Source: Bacteroidales bacterium (GTDB taxonomy: Bacteria > Bacteroidota > Bacteroidia > Bacteroidales > UBA4181). From it: DNA of 59,480 nucleotides. The notes beneath the pieces were generated by a model. It saw only the letters and a list, made by a program, of their open reading frames with translations, had not been told where the DNA came from and made no database searches. Of the stretch, positions 29,956 through 39,749 are shown piece after piece (the stretch's first letter is position 1; the number at the start of each line of letters is the position of its first letter). Location: NCBI GenBank assembly GCA_031270985.1, contig JAISWR010000009.1, positions 1-59,480 on the forward strand, read 5' to 3'. A program made the position numbers and the translations under genes.

Positions 29956-30164
29956 CGTCCGAACGGATAAACACGCTCGACTTTCAGTTTTCACTCCGGA
30001 TTGCTTCCGGCTTCGTGCTTTGCCGTCGCAACGACGGTAAATTGTCCTTTTGATACAGCCCCGTCATCTACGGCAAAGCGGTTGCGGCAATATGCACGGC
30101 AACCGGTTGCAACGCTGCAACGCCTCACACGACAGGGCAAACAACAGGCAACAGGCAATGAACG

Positions 30165-30189
30165 GCACCCTCGTCCGAACGCAGGGTGC
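30165..30189 (-). terminator. Hairpin 16 nt downstream of the trpA stop
   Basis: GCACCCT(30165-71)/AGGGTGC(30183-89), extendable by CG/CG with one bulge. A moderately T-rich tract follows on the minus strand. Confidence 0.35.
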
Positions 30190-30204
30190 ACCTCGCCCTA
30201 TATG

Positions 30205-30981
30205 CTATTGAGAGCGCAGGGACGCCGTCAAAGCTTCTACCGCTTCGCGTATGCTTGGCTTTTGCGACAGCAGCCGGATAAAACCGCTACCCACGATGGC
30301 GCCCCCGGCATATTGTACGGCCGCATCACAGGTGGCTTTGCCCGAAATGCCGAATCCTATCAGACGGGGATGTTTCAGATACATGGCATTGATGCGGCGG
30401 AAATAATCCAGCGTCTTTTCGTCGAAACGGTCTTTGACGCCCGTTGTTGATGCGGTGGACACCATGTAGATGAATCCGTCCGTGTGTTCGTCAATCAGTC
30501 TGATGCGCTTTTCGGATGTTTCAGGAGTGATGAGCATCACGAATGATAAGCCATACCGCATGGCGAGAGGTTTATAGTCGCGGATATAATCGTCAAACGG
30601 CAGGTCGGGGATGATGACGCCATCTATGCCGACGGCTATGCAATCACGGCAAAAATTTTCCACGCCATACTGCATCACAGGGTTGAGATAGCCCATCATT
30701 ACCAGCGGCAAGGAGACATTACGCCGCACGTCCTGCAACTGCCCGAAAAGTTTTTCCATCGTCATGCCGCCTTTCAGTGCAACGCTGCTGCTTTGCTGGA
30801 TGACCGGTCCGTCTGCCATAGGGTCGGAAAAGGGAATGCCGATTTCTACCATATCGACGCCCGCGCGTTCCAATTCACGAATGATGGTTACCGTATCGTC
30901 CATATGAGGAAATCCGGCGGTGAAATACACCGACAGGATGCCCGACGGCTTGTGCTCAAACAGTGATTGGATGCGATTCAT
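30205..30981 (-). CDS. trpA: Tryptophan synthase alpha chain
   Basis: VEIGIPFSDPMADGPVIQ (catalytic Glu/Asp region), GYLNP, and GFGIS...GAIVGS. Confidence 0.9.
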   Translation of the reverse strand: MNRIQSLFEHKPSGILSVYFTAGFPHMDDTVTIIRELERAGVDMVEIGIPFSDPMADGPVIQQSSSVALKGGMTMEKLFGQLQDVRRNVSLPLVMMGYLNPVMQYGVENFCRDCIAVGIDGVIIPDLPFDDYIRDYKPLAMRYGLSFVMLITPETSEKRIRLIDEHTDGFIYMVSTASTTGVKDRFDEKTLDYFRRINAMYLKHPRLIGFGISGKATCDAAVQYAGGAIVGSGFIRLLSQKPSIREAVEALTASLRSQ

Positions 30982-31004
30982 TGGGTGAAATTAAAAACAA
31001 CGCA

Positions 31005-31012
31005 CAAAGGTA
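31005..31012 (-). promoter_or_regulatory. -7 box TACCTTTG for trpA
   Basis: The minus strand reads TACCTTTG, 24 nt upstream of ATG 30981. Confidence 0.45.
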
Positions 31013-31055
31013 CGCAATGTTTCCGAAGAATCTACGGGCTGTGCAATAATTTATG

Positions 31056-31100
31056 CCGGTAAATCGTTTCTATGATAACCGGTAATCGTTTCTATGATAA
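31056..31100. repeat. Tandem 23/22-bp direct repeat CCGGTAA(A)TCGTTTCTATGATAA
   Basis: Copy 1 at 31056-31078 and copy 2 at 31079-31100, identical except for one A indel. The repeat ends 2 nt before the mtgA ATG at 31102. Confidence 0.8.
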
Positions 31101-31101
31101 T

Positions 31102-31827
31102 ATGAAAAAGAGATTCAAGTCAGCGGCAAGATGGTTGTTGGCAATCATGTTGATAATGGCAGGATTTTCCGTCCTTATGGTGATTGTGTACCGCTTTTTC
31201 GATCCGCCCGTCACCCCGCTGATGATACGGCGTTCCATAAGCGGAGAAGCCATTAGGGCAGAGAGACGTTGGGTCTCTTTCGAGAGCATCCCGCAAAGTT
31301 TGATCGACGCGGTGGTGGCAAGTGAGGACGGAAAATTTCCGCATCACATCGGTTTTGATTTTGGCGAAATGCGGGCAGCCTATCAACGGAATAAGGACGG
31401 GAAGCGGATACGCGGTGCCAGCACCATCACGCAGCAGATGTGCAAAAATGTGTTTTTGTGGGAACGGCGCAGTTATACCCGCAAGGCGTTCGAAATGTGG
31501 TTCACCGTGTGGGTGGAACTGTTGTGGAGCAAACAGCGTATCATGGAGGTATATCTGAACGTCATTGAGATGGGGAAAGGCATTTACGGTATTGGCGCCG
31601 CCGTCCCTTACTACTATCATCATCCCGTTGCCCACACCTCACGCAGGGAAGCCGCCATGATAGCCGCCATACTTCCGTCACCCCGCAAAAGGAATCCTGT
31701 GAATCCGGACAGCTATACGTTGCAACGCCGGCAACAAATACTCAGTTTGATGGACAAAACGGGCAAAGTAAGCTTGCCGCCGTCGGGAATATTCCAAAGA
31801 ACAAAAAGAGAGAAAAGCAAGCCGTAA
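31102..31827 (+). CDS. mtgA: Monofunctional biosynthetic peptidoglycan transglycosylase
   Basis: ORF 31072..31827. ATG 31102 (MKKRFKSAARWLLAIMLIMAGF) is more likely. GT51 motifs SEDGKFPHHIGFD, GASTITQQ and RKAFE are present. Confidence 0.8.
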   Translation: MKKRFKSAARWLLAIMLIMAGFSVLMVIVYRFFDPPVTPLMIRRSISGEAIRAERRWVSFESIPQSLIDAVVASEDGKFPHHIGFDFGEMRAAYQRNKDGKRIRGASTITQQMCKNVFLWERRSYTRKAFEMWFTVWVELLWSKQRIMEVYLNVIEMGKGIYGIGAAVPYYYHHPVAHTSRREAAMIAAILPSPRKRNPVNPDSYTLQRRQQILSLMDKTGKVSLPPSGIFQRTKREKSKP

Positions 31828-32090
31828 CGGTACTTGTTTTCGGACAAAGCGGGATACGGCAACATGCACTATGTTACACCGGCTTTCGGCAACACCCCGA
31901 CACTTTCTGCCGATAATTTGAGTGATCCGTATGAACTACGACGCTCCCGATGGGCAAAAGAGAATATTACGGTCAAAACATAAACATATTGTGGCGGAAT
32001 TGCAATTCGTACGTTGTTGATATTGAGGTATTACGGATCATTTCTTATCGCGAACACAGATTTTGACATGGAAATCCCATTCAAATGTGT

Positions 32091-32098
32091 TATTTTTG
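32091..32098 (+). promoter_or_regulatory. -7 box TATTTTTG for asnS
   Basis: Exact TAnnTTTG match 29 nt upstream of ATG 32127. Confidence 0.45.
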
Positions 32099-32126
32099 TA
32101 GTCTGTTTTTTAAATCAAAATAGTCA

Positions 32127-33524
32127 ATGAAAGAGTGCGGAAGGCTTAGAATCAAGGATTTATTGAAGATTGCGCCTGTGGGTGGTGATGTGCTGGTAAA
32201 AGGGTGGGTACGTACCAAACGGGGTAACAAGAATGTAGCCTTTTTGGCGGTGAACGACGGTTCGGTCATCCATAACCTGCAAATAGTTGTGGACGTTGCC
32301 AGGTTTGGCGAGGATTTGCTCAAGCAAATCACCACCGGCTCTTGTGTGGCGGCGCGGGGAAAACTCGTGGAATCAAGCGGCGCGGGACAGAGCGTGGAAG
32401 TACAGGCGGAAACGCTTGAACTGTATGGTGGGGCAGACGTTGCGGCTTACCCGCTCCAGAAAAAAGGACACACACTGGAATTTCTGCGCGAAATTGCTCA
32501 TCTGCGCCCGCGCACAAACACCTTTGGAGCGGTGTTCAGAATGCGTCATGCGATGGCGTTTGCCATTCATCAATATTTCAACGATCACGGGTTTTATTAT
32601 CTGCACACGCCAATTATCACAGCATCGGACGCCGAAGGAGCGGGAGCAATGTTCCATGTCACTGCATTGGATTTGAACGATTTGCCACGCACGCCAGACG
32701 GAGCGGTGGACTATGCGCAGGATTTTTTCGGACGTGCGACAAATCTCACTGTGTCGGGACAATTGGAAGGTGAATTGGGCGCAATGGCGCTGGGATTGAT
32801 TTATACGTTCGGTCCCACGTTCCGCGCGGAAAACTCCAATACGCCACGCCATCTTTCCGAGTTTTGGATGATCGAGCCAGAAATGGCTTTCTACGAAATC
32901 GAAGACAACATGGATTTGGCGGAGGATTTTCTGAAATATCTCATCCGTTACGCACTGGAACACAGCATGGATGATTTGAAATTTCTTGCCGGCATGTATG
33001 ACGGGGAACTGATTGAACGGCTGCGTTTTGTGGTGGACAACAAATTTGTGCGGCTGACATATACCGAAGGTATCAGGATTTTGGAACAGTCGGGCGAAAA
33101 ATTTGAATATCCTGTAAGTTGGGGCATTGACTTGCAGTCGGAACACGAACGTTATTTGGTGGAGAAATATTTCAAAAAACCGGTGATTCTGACGGATTAT
33201 CCCAAAGACATCAAAGCGTTTTACATGAAGCAAAACGATGACGGGAAAACGGTACGTGCAATGGACGTGCTTTTTCCGAAAATAGGCGAAATCATTGGCG
33301 GATCACAACGGGAGGAGGATTGCGAAAAATTGCAAAAACGTATCGAAGAACTGGAATTGTCGGAGAAGGACATGTGGTGGTATCTGGAAACACGCAAATT
33401 CGGTTCTGCGCCCCACAGCGGTTTCGGACTGGGCTTTGAACGCCTGCTGCTCTTTGTCACCGGCATGGGTAATATTCGCGACGTGATCCCTTTCCCGAGA
33501 ACACCGAAAAACGCCGAATTTTAA
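32127..33524 (+). CDS. asnS: Asparagine--tRNA ligase
   Basis: 465 aa. Class IIb motifs [24 protein letters not shown] and GGSQRE...[11 protein letters not shown]. Confidence 0.92.
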   Translation: MKECGRLRIKDLLKIAPVGGDVLVKGWVRTKRGNKNVAFLAVNDGSVIHNLQIVVDVARFGEDLLKQITTGSCVAARGKLVESSGAGQSVEVQAETLELYGGADVAAYPLQKKGHTLEFLREIAHLRPRTNTFGAVFRMRHAMAFAIHQYFNDHGFYYLHTPIITASDAEGAGAMFHVTALDLNDLPRTPDGAVDYAQDFFGRATNLTVSGQLEGELGAMALGLIYTFGPTFRAENSNTPRHLSEFWMIEPEMAFYEIEDNMDLAEDFLKYLIRYALEHSMDDLKFLAGMYDGELIERLRFVVDNKFVRLTYTEGIRILEQSGEKFEYPVSWGIDLQSEHERYLVEKYFKKPVILTDYPKDIKAFYMKQNDDGKTVRAMDVLFPKIGEIIGGSQREEDCEKLQKRIEELELSEKDMWWYLETRKFGSAPHSGFGLGFERLLLFVTGMGNIRDVIPFPRTPKNAEF

Positions 33525-33556
33525 CTCCTTTTTAGCCATTAAAAATCACAAAAAAT

Positions 33557-34882
33557 ATGTACCCGACAAGTAAAATCTTCGTGCTGGACACCAACGTGGT
33601 GTTGCACGACTTCAAATGCATCTACAATTTTCAGGATAATGACCTGATTATCCCTATCGTGGTGCTGGAAGAATTAGACAAGATGAAAAAAGGCAACGAC
33701 CAGATCAATTACAATGCCCGTGAATTTACCCGCGAATTGGATAAACTTGCGGGTGAAAGCATGTTCAACGGCGGCGTAAGTCTGGGAAGGAAGCTGGGAA
33801 AATTGAGCATCGAAACCGGCAAACCTTTTTCCAAAGAGTTGAAACAGTCGTTTCCCGAAGAAACGCCCGATCACCGTATCCTTGCTATCACCGAGTATGT
33901 CGCACAAATGCATCCGGACAGACAGGTAGTCCTGGTGACCAAAGACATCAACCTGCGCATGAAAGCCAAATCAATAGGATTGCCGGCGCAGGATTACAAA
34001 AGCGACAAAGTGCAGAACATCGCCGAAATCAACAAGGATTCCGAAATTTTTGCCTGTACGCCCGAAATGATTGCCCGGCTGTATGAAAAACCGGAAGGTA
34101 TCGTGGCATCCGAAACCGGAAAGGGACAACTGCCCAAGGGGAATGCTTACTACATCTTCCGCAGCGGCACATCCGATGCATTGGCTTATTACGACAGTGC
34201 CAACCACCGTTTCCTGAGGGTGGACAAGCATCGCTGTTTCGGCATTGAGCCGCGCAATGCCGAACAGACATTTTGCATGGACGCCTTGCTGCGCCAGGAC
34301 GTCCAGCTTGTCGCCATCACCGGAAAAGCCGGAACGGGAAAAACACTGCTGGCGTTGGCAGCCGCCCTGTCACAAAACAGAATCTATGCACAAATCTATC
34401 TGGCACGCCCTATCGTAGCGCTGGCAAACCGCGACCTCGGCTTTCTGCCCGGATCGGCAAAAGACAAGATAGATCCTTACATGCAACCGTTGTTTGACAA
34501 CCTGAGCGTCATCAAACAACGGCTGAACCAAAACGGACAGGAAATACGCAAAATAGACGAGATGCAGAAAAATGAAACGCTGGTGCTGTCGGCGTTGGCG
34601 TATATACGTGGACGCAGCCTCTCTGATACTTTTTTCATCGTGGATGAGGCGCAAAACCTCACCCCGCATGAAGTGAAAACCATCATCACCCGTGCGGGAG
34701 AAGGTACCAAGATTGTCTTCACCGGCGACATCGAACAGATAGACTCGCCTTATCTGGACGCACAATCCAACGGCTTGTCCTACCTGACCGACAAAATGAA
34801 AGAGCAAAGCCTCTTTACCCACATCAATCTGGTGAAAGGCGAACGCAGCCGGTTAGCCGAAATCGCCGGCAACATATTGTAA
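33557..34882 (+). CDS. PIN-domain + PhoH-like ATPase (YlaK-type)
   Basis: N-terminal PIN (VLDTNVVLHD ... TKDINLR) and a PhoH P-loop GKAGTGKT with FIVDEAQN. Confidence 0.85.
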   Translation: MYPTSKIFVLDTNVVLHDFKCIYNFQDNDLIIPIVVLEELDKMKKGNDQINYNAREFTRELDKLAGESMFNGGVSLGRKLGKLSIETGKPFSKELKQSFPEETPDHRILAITEYVAQMHPDRQVVLVTKDINLRMKAKSIGLPAQDYKSDKVQNIAEINKDSEIFACTPEMIARLYEKPEGIVASETGKGQLPKGNAYYIFRSGTSDALAYYDSANHRFLRVDKHRCFGIEPRNAEQTFCMDALLRQDVQLVAITGKAGTGKTLLALAAALSQNRIYAQIYLARPIVALANRDLGFLPGSAKDKIDPYMQPLFDNLSVIKQRLNQNGQEIRKIDEMQKNETLVLSALAYIRGRSLSDTFFIVDEAQNLTPHEVKTIITRAGEGTKIVFTGDIEQIDSPYLDAQSNGLSYLTDKMKEQSLFTHINLVKGERSRLAEIAGNIL

Positions 34883-34901
34883 CGGAACGGCAGGCACGCC
34901 C

Positions 34902-35654
34902 ATGAAACAAACCGCATTAATCACGGGAGGCACGCGAGGTATAGGGCTTGGAATAGCACAACGCTTAGCCGACGACGGTTTTGATGTCGCCATTTTCGCC
35001 ACCAAAAGCCTTGACGTTGTACGGGAGCAAATCGCCGCCGTAAACGCCGCAGGTTCGGACACGCTGTATATACGCGGCAATGTTGCCTGTGCCGCGGAAT
35101 GCGCCTCATGCGTGGAACAAACCGTTGCACGATACGGCAAAATAGACGTGTTGGTGAACAATGCCGGCATTGCGCCGAAAGTGCGGGCAGATTTGCTCGA
35201 CACCACCGAAGAAAGCATGGATGAAGTGTTCGGCGTCAACATCAAAGGCACTTTCTTCATGTCGCAGGCAACGGCAAAACAGATGATGCGGCAGAAGAGT
35301 GGCGTGATCATCAACATCTCGTCCGTATCCGCCTTCGCATCATCGGTCAACCGCGCGGAATACTGTATCTCCAAAGCCGCAGTCAGCATGATGACCACTC
35401 TGTTTGCAGACAGGCTTGCCGCCCACGGCATACGGGTGTACGAAATCCGTCCGGGCATCATCAAAACCGACATGACCGCCCCCGTCGCCGAAAAATATAA
35501 CCGCTTGATAGACAACGGCACGTTTCCCATCCGCAGGTGGGGCTGTCCCGAAGATGTGGCAAAAGCGGTCGCCGTATTTGCCAGCGGATCATTTCCGTAC
35601 TCAACGGGCGAAATCATCAACGTGGACGGCGGTTTTCACCTCAAAAGCATCTGA
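34902..35654 (+). CDS. SDR family oxidoreductase (3-oxoacyl-ACP reductase-like)
   Basis: TGGTRGIG, NNAG, and the catalytic Y..SK (EYCISKAA). Confidence 0.8.
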   Translation: MKQTALITGGTRGIGLGIAQRLADDGFDVAIFATKSLDVVREQIAAVNAAGSDTLYIRGNVACAAECASCVEQTVARYGKIDVLVNNAGIAPKVRADLLDTTEESMDEVFGVNIKGTFFMSQATAKQMMRQKSGVIINISSVSAFASSVNRAEYCISKAAVSMMTTLFADRLAAHGIRVYEIRPGIIKTDMTAPVAEKYNRLIDNGTFPIRRWGCPEDVAKAVAVFASGSFPYSTGEIINVDGGFHLKSI

Positions 35655-35687
35655 TTGGCAGAAATACACCTTATTCCGGTTTTTTCG

Positions 35688-38534
35688 ATGCAAAAGCACA
35701 GCCGTATTATCCTGTCGGCACTACTGATCCTCACCGTTCACACGGTATGTGCTCAATTTTATGAATCCGGCGTTAATCCCCCTTCGGTTCGTTGGCAACA
35801 AATCAACACGGAACATTTCCGTGTAATCTTCCCGACAGATATTCCCGAACGGGGACAACATGCCGCTAATGTGCTGGAATACATCTACCATGCGGAAAGC
35901 AAAACGCTTCGCCACCGTCCGGCTAAAATTTCCGTAGTGCTGCACAACAGACCTTCGTCGTCCAACGGTGTGGTTGCATGGGCACCCAAACGTTCGGAAT
36001 GGCTGCTCACGCCGCCACAGGACAGTTACGCACAAGACTGGACGGAACAACTTGCCTTGCACGAGTTCAGGCATGTGGTGCAAACCGATAAACTCAATCA
36101 GGGACTGACCAAAGCGTTGGGCTACCTGTTCGGACAACAGGCGGTAGGCGTTGCGGCAGGAATGTTGCCCGCATGGTTCCTCGAAGGAGATGCCGTAGTT
36201 GCCGAAACCGCCATGAGCCGTTCGGGAAGGGGACGTAGCGCATCGTTCGAGATGCCTTTGCGCACCATCGCTCTTTCGGGAAAATACCACCATTACGACA
36301 AGGCTATTTTCGGTTCTTACCGCCGACATGTGCCCAATCATTACGAGTGGGGATACCAAATGACGGCATGGACGCGGAAAGAGTACGGGACGGAAGTGTT
36401 TGCAAAAGCAGAAGACAACACGGGCAGGCGTTTATGGTCGCTCTATCCGTTCGAGTTGGGATTGAAGAAACAAACCGGATACCTCCCTCGACAACTATAT
36501 TACCGCGCTTTCGACGACCTGACCCGTCAATGGAAAGAACAGGAAAAACGCTATGCTTACGTCTTATCCACCCCTGTCAATCGGCAGACTTCCCGACTGT
36601 ATACCAGTTACCGTTCGCCGCACTACCTGACGGACAGTACGTTCGTTGCGCTAAAAACAGGTATGGCGCAGATCGCCTGCTTTGTCAAAGTGAACAGGAA
36701 CGGCGACGAACAAACGCTTTTTACGCCGGGGATGCTCAATTCCGACCGTTTTTCCTGTGCCGGAGGATTGATGGCGTGGTCGGAAGAAATACCGGATGTA
36801 CGGTGGAGTAACCGCAGTTATTCGGTAATTAAGATTTTTGATATTTCCAGGAGGAAAGAACGCACGCTTACCCGCCGCACAAGGTTTTTTTCTCCTTCGC
36901 TTTCTCCGGATGCCGGCACTGTCGCTGCGGTGGAAGTGTCGCTTGGCGGCGAAAGCGCCATTGTGTTGCTGGACGTTACCGCCGGAGTGGAAAAAATGGT
37001 GATAAAAGCGCCTGAAAACACTCTCCTGCAAACGCCGTCGTGGAGCAAAGACGGGAAATACCTGCTGGCGATTGCCGTCGGATCCGGCGGAAAATCCATC
37101 GTCAGGATAGATACGGCGACAGGCTGGTTTGCCACTGTGCTGGCGCCGTCGTACGACGACATATCCTGTCCTTCCGACGGCGGGACATGCGCCTTTTTTA
37201 CGGGACAGTGCGGCGGTATCAACAACATCATGGCGGTGGACTACCAAACGAAAGAAGTGTTTCGGGCAACCGCATCCCGCTTCGGCGCTTTCGACCCGCA
37301 ACCCGACGCAACAGGGGAAAAACTGCTGTTTGCGGAATATTCGGAACTCGGATACAACTTAACGGAAAGCAATATTCGCAAAGAAACGATACCGGAAGAC
37401 GACCACTCTCCACAACTTTGGAAAACACTCGCGGAACAGGAAAATTTTAATTTGCAGGACAGTATCATCAACTATCGGGATTTTCCGGTGAAACCGTTCC
37501 GTAAATGGCAGCATTTGATATCTGTGCACAGTTGGGCGCCGCTGTATTATCAAGTGAACGTGTCCGACCCGCTTGCTACGGAAATATATCCCGGATTGGT
37601 GCTGCTGTCGCAGGATTTGCAGGGCAACATGATCGCTTCTGCAGGATATTCGTGGCGCGGATATCACGCTTTGCACGCCGGATTTACCTACAAGGGATGG
37701 TATCCGGTGGTGGAAATGAAAATAACCTACGGAGGAGAACGAAAAATATACGGCAAACAACCGGAAGACGCCACACTGCCCCCAAATTTCAGAAATACGG
37801 AAATCAGCGTCAATACGTATGTCCCGTTCAACCTCACCCGAAACCGCTACATCACAGGATTGACGCCACAGATACAGATCAACCGTTCTTCGGACTTTTT
37901 CTTTTCAAACGAACAGGGACACCACCAATCCGGATTTCTGGAATCCCTTTACGGAATCGCATTCTATCGCTATTTGAAAACCGCTGTCCGCGATTTGGCG
38001 CCCGCATGGGGAGTTACCCTGCAAGGAGCGTTCAAACATGCTCCCGCTAACGAAAACTTGTTCAGCAGTATGTATTATGTATATGGGCGTACATATCTTC
38101 CGGGATTGGCGCGACATCACAGCCTGCAACTGTCGGTAGGGGTACAGCGGCAACATGCAGGGGAATACCTTTTCGGCAGTATGTTGGCTTTTCCGCGCGG
38201 TTATGCTACCGGACGTACGGAACAACTCAACATTGCGCTTGCCGAATATGCCTTCCCTTTTCTCTATCCCGACAAAAACCTTGCTTTTCTGGTATATCTG
38301 AAACGGCTAAGCGCCAACTTGTTCTGCCATGCGGCAGAAAACCGCTACCGCATCGTATGGCAGCAGTCCTACGTTTGGCAATCGGACAGGATGTTGAGCG
38401 TGGGCGCCGATTTGCTCGCCGATGTTCATCTTCTGCGCATTACCTATCCCGTCAATATGGGATTACGCGCGGTCTATATCCCCGAACGGAAAGAATTTCA
38501 GTCTTCCCTGCTGTTCCAAGTGTCGTTCAGGTAA
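35688..38534 (+). CDS. Large exported protein: HExxH metalloprotease-like N-domain, TolB-like propeller region, beta-rich C-terminal domain (948 aa)
   Basis: ORF 35655..38534. ATG 35688 gives MQKHSRIILSALLILTVHTVCAQ. HEFRH with a downstream LEGDAV; SPD(A)G/SKDGK blade-like motifs; a C-terminal FPRGY motif and aromatic-rich strands. It is clearly a CDS, but the function is unknown. Confidence 0.7.
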   Translation: MQKHSRIILSALLILTVHTVCAQFYESGVNPPSVRWQQINTEHFRVIFPTDIPERGQHAANVLEYIYHAESKTLRHRPAKISVVLHNRPSSSNGVVAWAPKRSEWLLTPPQDSYAQDWTEQLALHEFRHVVQTDKLNQGLTKALGYLFGQQAVGVAAGMLPAWFLEGDAVVAETAMSRSGRGRSASFEMPLRTIALSGKYHHYDKAIFGSYRRHVPNHYEWGYQMTAWTRKEYGTEVFAKAEDNTGRRLWSLYPFELGLKKQTGYLPRQLYYRAFDDLTRQWKEQEKRYAYVLSTPVNRQTSRLYTSYRSPHYLTDSTFVALKTGMAQIACFVKVNRNGDEQTLFTPGMLNSDRFSCAGGLMAWSEEIPDVRWSNRSYSVIKIFDISRRKERTLTRRTRFFSPSLSPDAGTVAAVEVSLGGESAIVLLDVTAGVEKMVIKAPENTLLQTPSWSKDGKYLLAIAVGSGGKSIVRIDTATGWFATVLAPSYDDISCPSDGGTCAFFTGQCGGINNIMAVDYQTKEVFRATASRFGAFDPQPDATGEKLLFAEYSELGYNLTESNIRKETIPEDDHSPQLWKTLAEQENFNLQDSIINYRDFPVKPFRKWQHLISVHSWAPLYYQVNVSDPLATEIYPGLVLLSQDLQGNMIASAGYSWRGYHALHAGFTYKGWYPVVEMKITYGGERKIYGKQPEDATLPPNFRNTEISVNTYVPFNLTRNRYITGLTPQIQINRSSDFFFSNEQGHHQSGFLESLYGIAFYRYLKTAVRDLAPAWGVTLQGAFKHAPANENLFSSMYYVYGRTYLPGLARHHSLQLSVGVQRQHAGEYLFGSMLAFPRGYATGRTEQLNIALAEYAFPFLYPDKNLAFLVYLKRLSANLFCHAAENRYRIVWQQSYVWQSDRMLSVGADLLADVHLLRITYPVNMGLRAVYIPERKEFQSSLLFQVSFR
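36060..36074 (+). other. HEFRH zinc-binding motif codons
   Basis: CAC GAG TTC AGG CAT, in frame with ATG 35688. Confidence 0.8.
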
Positions 38535-38609
38535 GTCCAGTCTGCTGGGTGGGAAAGAAGCTATGAAACCTCGGCAGGCTTCCCATGCCGTCAACACTTC
38601 CATACAGGA

Positions 38610-39300
38610 TCAATTCAGTTCTTGACCATCTTCTCTGGTAGCATCAAAAAGACTTTGCGGAATGGGTCGAATCAGATGATATCCGGATAAAGTTCCTGCG
38701 GCGGAAGCATCCTCGTTGTAGGCAAGTGTACGCTTCACCAGCGTTTGAGTACGTGCTAAATCCGTCCACGTATCTGTAGCGGTCTTCGCCTACCTTGTAT
38801 GCTGCGCGACTGCGCACCGTAAGTTTCACCTTTGAAGTGGCAAAATCCGCTCCGTTTCTGTCGCTTGGATAGTTCAAGCGTTGCATGGTGCGGTAACTTT
38901 TCCGGAAACGGCTGTCATTCACACGATCATACACATCTATCGCATAATTGGTATATTGTGCTGCCAGAATAATTTCCGGAAGTTGTTCGTTGGTACCACC
39001 CACATCTGTATAATTTTGCAGGTTTGAAAAATCTGATGCCAGTGGACGATGGCAATTACTTCATCGCAAAGCGCCAACGCTTCGGCAAGGTCTGCATTTT
39101 TGGCGGAAGCGTTAAAGTCACTGCAAATTTCATTTTGGCGGTACAAAAAATCTTTAGCAAGGAAATGTATCGCAGCATCCTTGTATATCTTCCTGTTCCA
39201 TCGCGTTCGAAGCCGGATTATTCAACCGTTCATATGTTTTGTGTAAATCGTCGATCGTCAATCGCCTGTTGTACGACTGTTTGTCCATTTCAGCATCAAT
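38610..39300 (-). pseudogene. Frameshifted, N-terminally truncated SusD/RagB-family remnant
   Basis: Four consecutive minus-strand frames each carry a piece. (1) ...AEMDKQSYNRRLTIDDLHKTYERLNN... (2) ORF 38937..39146 (LAKDFLYRQ...ADLAEALALCDEVI). (3) ORF 38644..39003 (NEQLPEIILAAQY...NDSRFRKSY). (4) A terminal AGTLSGYHLIRPIPQSLFDATREDGQELN* with its stop at 38610-12, which matches the SusD-type C-terminus (IP.SE...N). There is no susC upstream. Confidence 0.5.
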
Positions 39301-39497
39301 TCATTTGGGAAGCGCCGTTTTTTGCAAATAAATTCACTTTATCTTATTGATATACATACATATTGCACTTTAAATTGTTCAATGACGTCCATTCTGATAA
39401 ATAATCGGAAAAAGAAAAATGTGCAAAAAATTTTGGTAATCCGTTTTTTATTACGACCTTTGCATCCGGAAAGAAATACAAAAAAATACGTAAAGAT

Positions 39498-39734
39498 ATG
39501 TCGCAAATATGTCAAATCACTGGAAAGAGCGTTATGGGAGGCAATAATGTATCCCATTCCAAAAGAAGAACCAAGAGGAAATTTTATCCCAACCTGTTCG
39601 TGAAGAAATTTTTCCTTCCCTCTTCCAATGAATGGATTACCTTGAAAGTGTCGGCTGCCGGTATCAGAAATATCAATAAAACGGGTATTGAAGCCGCTTT
39701 GCAAAAGGCTATAGATAAGGGGATTATACAATAA
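39498..39734 (+). CDS. rpmB: 50S ribosomal protein L28
   Basis: [33 protein letters not shown] is the canonical L28 sequence. Confidence 0.95.
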   Translation: MSQICQITGKSVMGGNNVSHSKRRTKRKFYPNLFVKKFFLPSSNEWITLKVSAAGIRNINKTGIEAALQKAIDKGIIQ

Positions 39735-39749
39735 ATAATACGAGAAAAC

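Noticed and set aside
31864-31983. 39-codon plus-strand ORF (MHYVTPAFGNTPTLSADNLSDPYELRRSRWAKENITVKT) between mtgA and asnS
   Set aside because: It is too short, has no promoter box or recognisable family, and could be chance or a relic.
32373-33233. 286-aa minus-strand ORF antisense to asnS
   Set aside because: It is a shadow of asnS.
33557-34882. PIN-PhoH protein as a possible toxin or defence module
   Set aside because: The fused PIN + PhoH (YlaK-type) architecture is a widely conserved single-gene housekeeping-type protein. There is no antitoxin or partner gene, and it sits between asnS and an SDR.
34853-35620. 255-aa minus-strand ORF antisense to the SDR gene
   Set aside because: It is a shadow ORF. 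The SDR motifs (TGGTRGIG, YxxxK) are on the plus strand.
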